A program made the translations under genes and the position numbers. 64,000 bases of DNA from a virus (Duplodnaviria > Caudoviricetes), in the IMG/VR virus record IMGVR_UViG_2880152234_000004, positions 64,001 through 128,000 of that record; one strand, given 5' to 3'. A model generated the notes under the pieces. The model was given only the letters and a program-made list of their open reading frames with translations, searched no databases and had not been told where the DNA came from. Below are positions 63,341-64,000 of this stretch, piece after piece (position 1 is the first letter of the stretch; each line of letters starts with the position of its first letter).

Positions 63341-64000
63341 TTATAGAGAACCCCAGATAGATTTACCACCTGTATGTCCAGTTTTTTCATGTATAGTTCT
63401 ATTTACTAATTGCAATCTGCCTGTATTTTCATGATGGTGCCATATATACCCTCGTGGAGTTTTCCCATTTTTAATGTCTTGAATCTGATACTTATTAAAT
63501 TTTTTCGCATGCTCCCAAGTATTAATTGCCTTCTTCAAAGATGCGTTTGCATTTTTAAACTGAGTACTATTTGAAGATTTAATTAGACTCATAGGGAGAT
63601 TGTAATTGTATTTAGATGCGAAAACAGGAAAACCTTTAGAATTAAATTTTACACCAGTCTTAGGGTGCTTCTTTCCTGCGAGCTTACCATTTCTGACTGC
63701 AATTTTCTTTGTTGTTGACTTTAACGTCTGCTTAACTAAGAGCTTACCTCCGACACGACTAACAACAGCAATTGCAGGTGGAATTAACCAAGCCCATTGA
63801 GCATGATAAGATTCATCCTCACCTACATCATCAGTTTCTGGTTCAGTGGCGCTTTCAGTCGGAGTTACAACATTCTCTTCAAATTCACTATCAGGAACAC
63901 TTTCGTCTTCAATGATTTCTTCTTGCGCTGCGTCCTCTAATAAATTTTCATCTTCATAGACTGGAGCATCTACTAAATTATTATAATACGAATCTTCCGA
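63341..64000 (-). CDS. Partial (5' end off window) toxin: acidic region, hydrophobic helix and WHH-type HNH nuclease
   Basis: Frame open from 64000: ..EEIIEDESVPDSEFEE..HAQWAWLIPPAIAVVSRVGG..HPKTGVKF..GFPVF..YIWHHHE..LQLV..H..TGHTGG..W. Confidence 0.8.
   Translation of the reverse strand, partial: SEDSYYNNLVDAPVYEDENLLEDAAQEEIIEDESVPDSEFEENVVTPTESATEPETDDVGEDESYHAQWAWLIPPAIAVVSRVGGKLLVKQTLKSTTKKIAVRNGKLAGKKHPKTGVKFNSKGFPVFASKYNYNLPMSLIKSSNSTQFKNANASLKKAINTWEHAKKFNKYQIQDIKNGKTPRGYIWHHHENTGRLQLVNRTIHEKTGHTGGKSIWGSL

Overview
The whole window is an internal segment of an SPbeta-like (Spbetavirus) Bacillus prophage or phage; no attachment site or host DNA is visible. Left to right: (1) a minus-strand accessory region of small genes, the SF2-helicase-like yonV and the yonT-yoyJ/SR6 type I toxin-antitoxin locus; (2) a ~0.9 kb non-coding divergence point; (3) yonP, the single-subunit RNA polymerase yonO and HU-like yonN; (4) a ~1.3 kb hairpin-rich, mostly non-coding stretch starting with a tRNA-like element; (5) an intact head/tail morphogenesis operon containing the tyrosine recombinase yomM; (6) a lysis cassette with a chimeric endolysin; (7) rapK-phrK where reference SPbeta carries sublancin; (8) SOS-regulated uvrX/yolD; (9) a yok-type cargo region with a BsrE/H-type type I TA, an LXG-HNH toxin with SUKH immunity genes, a DUF4238 gene, YokF nuclease and a partial WHH toxin. 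The most notable unexplained signal is an oriented palindrome, WTAAAA-N6-TTTTAT, found at 11 gene junctions, one directly behind the yomM recombinase. Gene symbols come from recalled similarity and synteny to SPbeta/B. subtilis 168, not from database searches.
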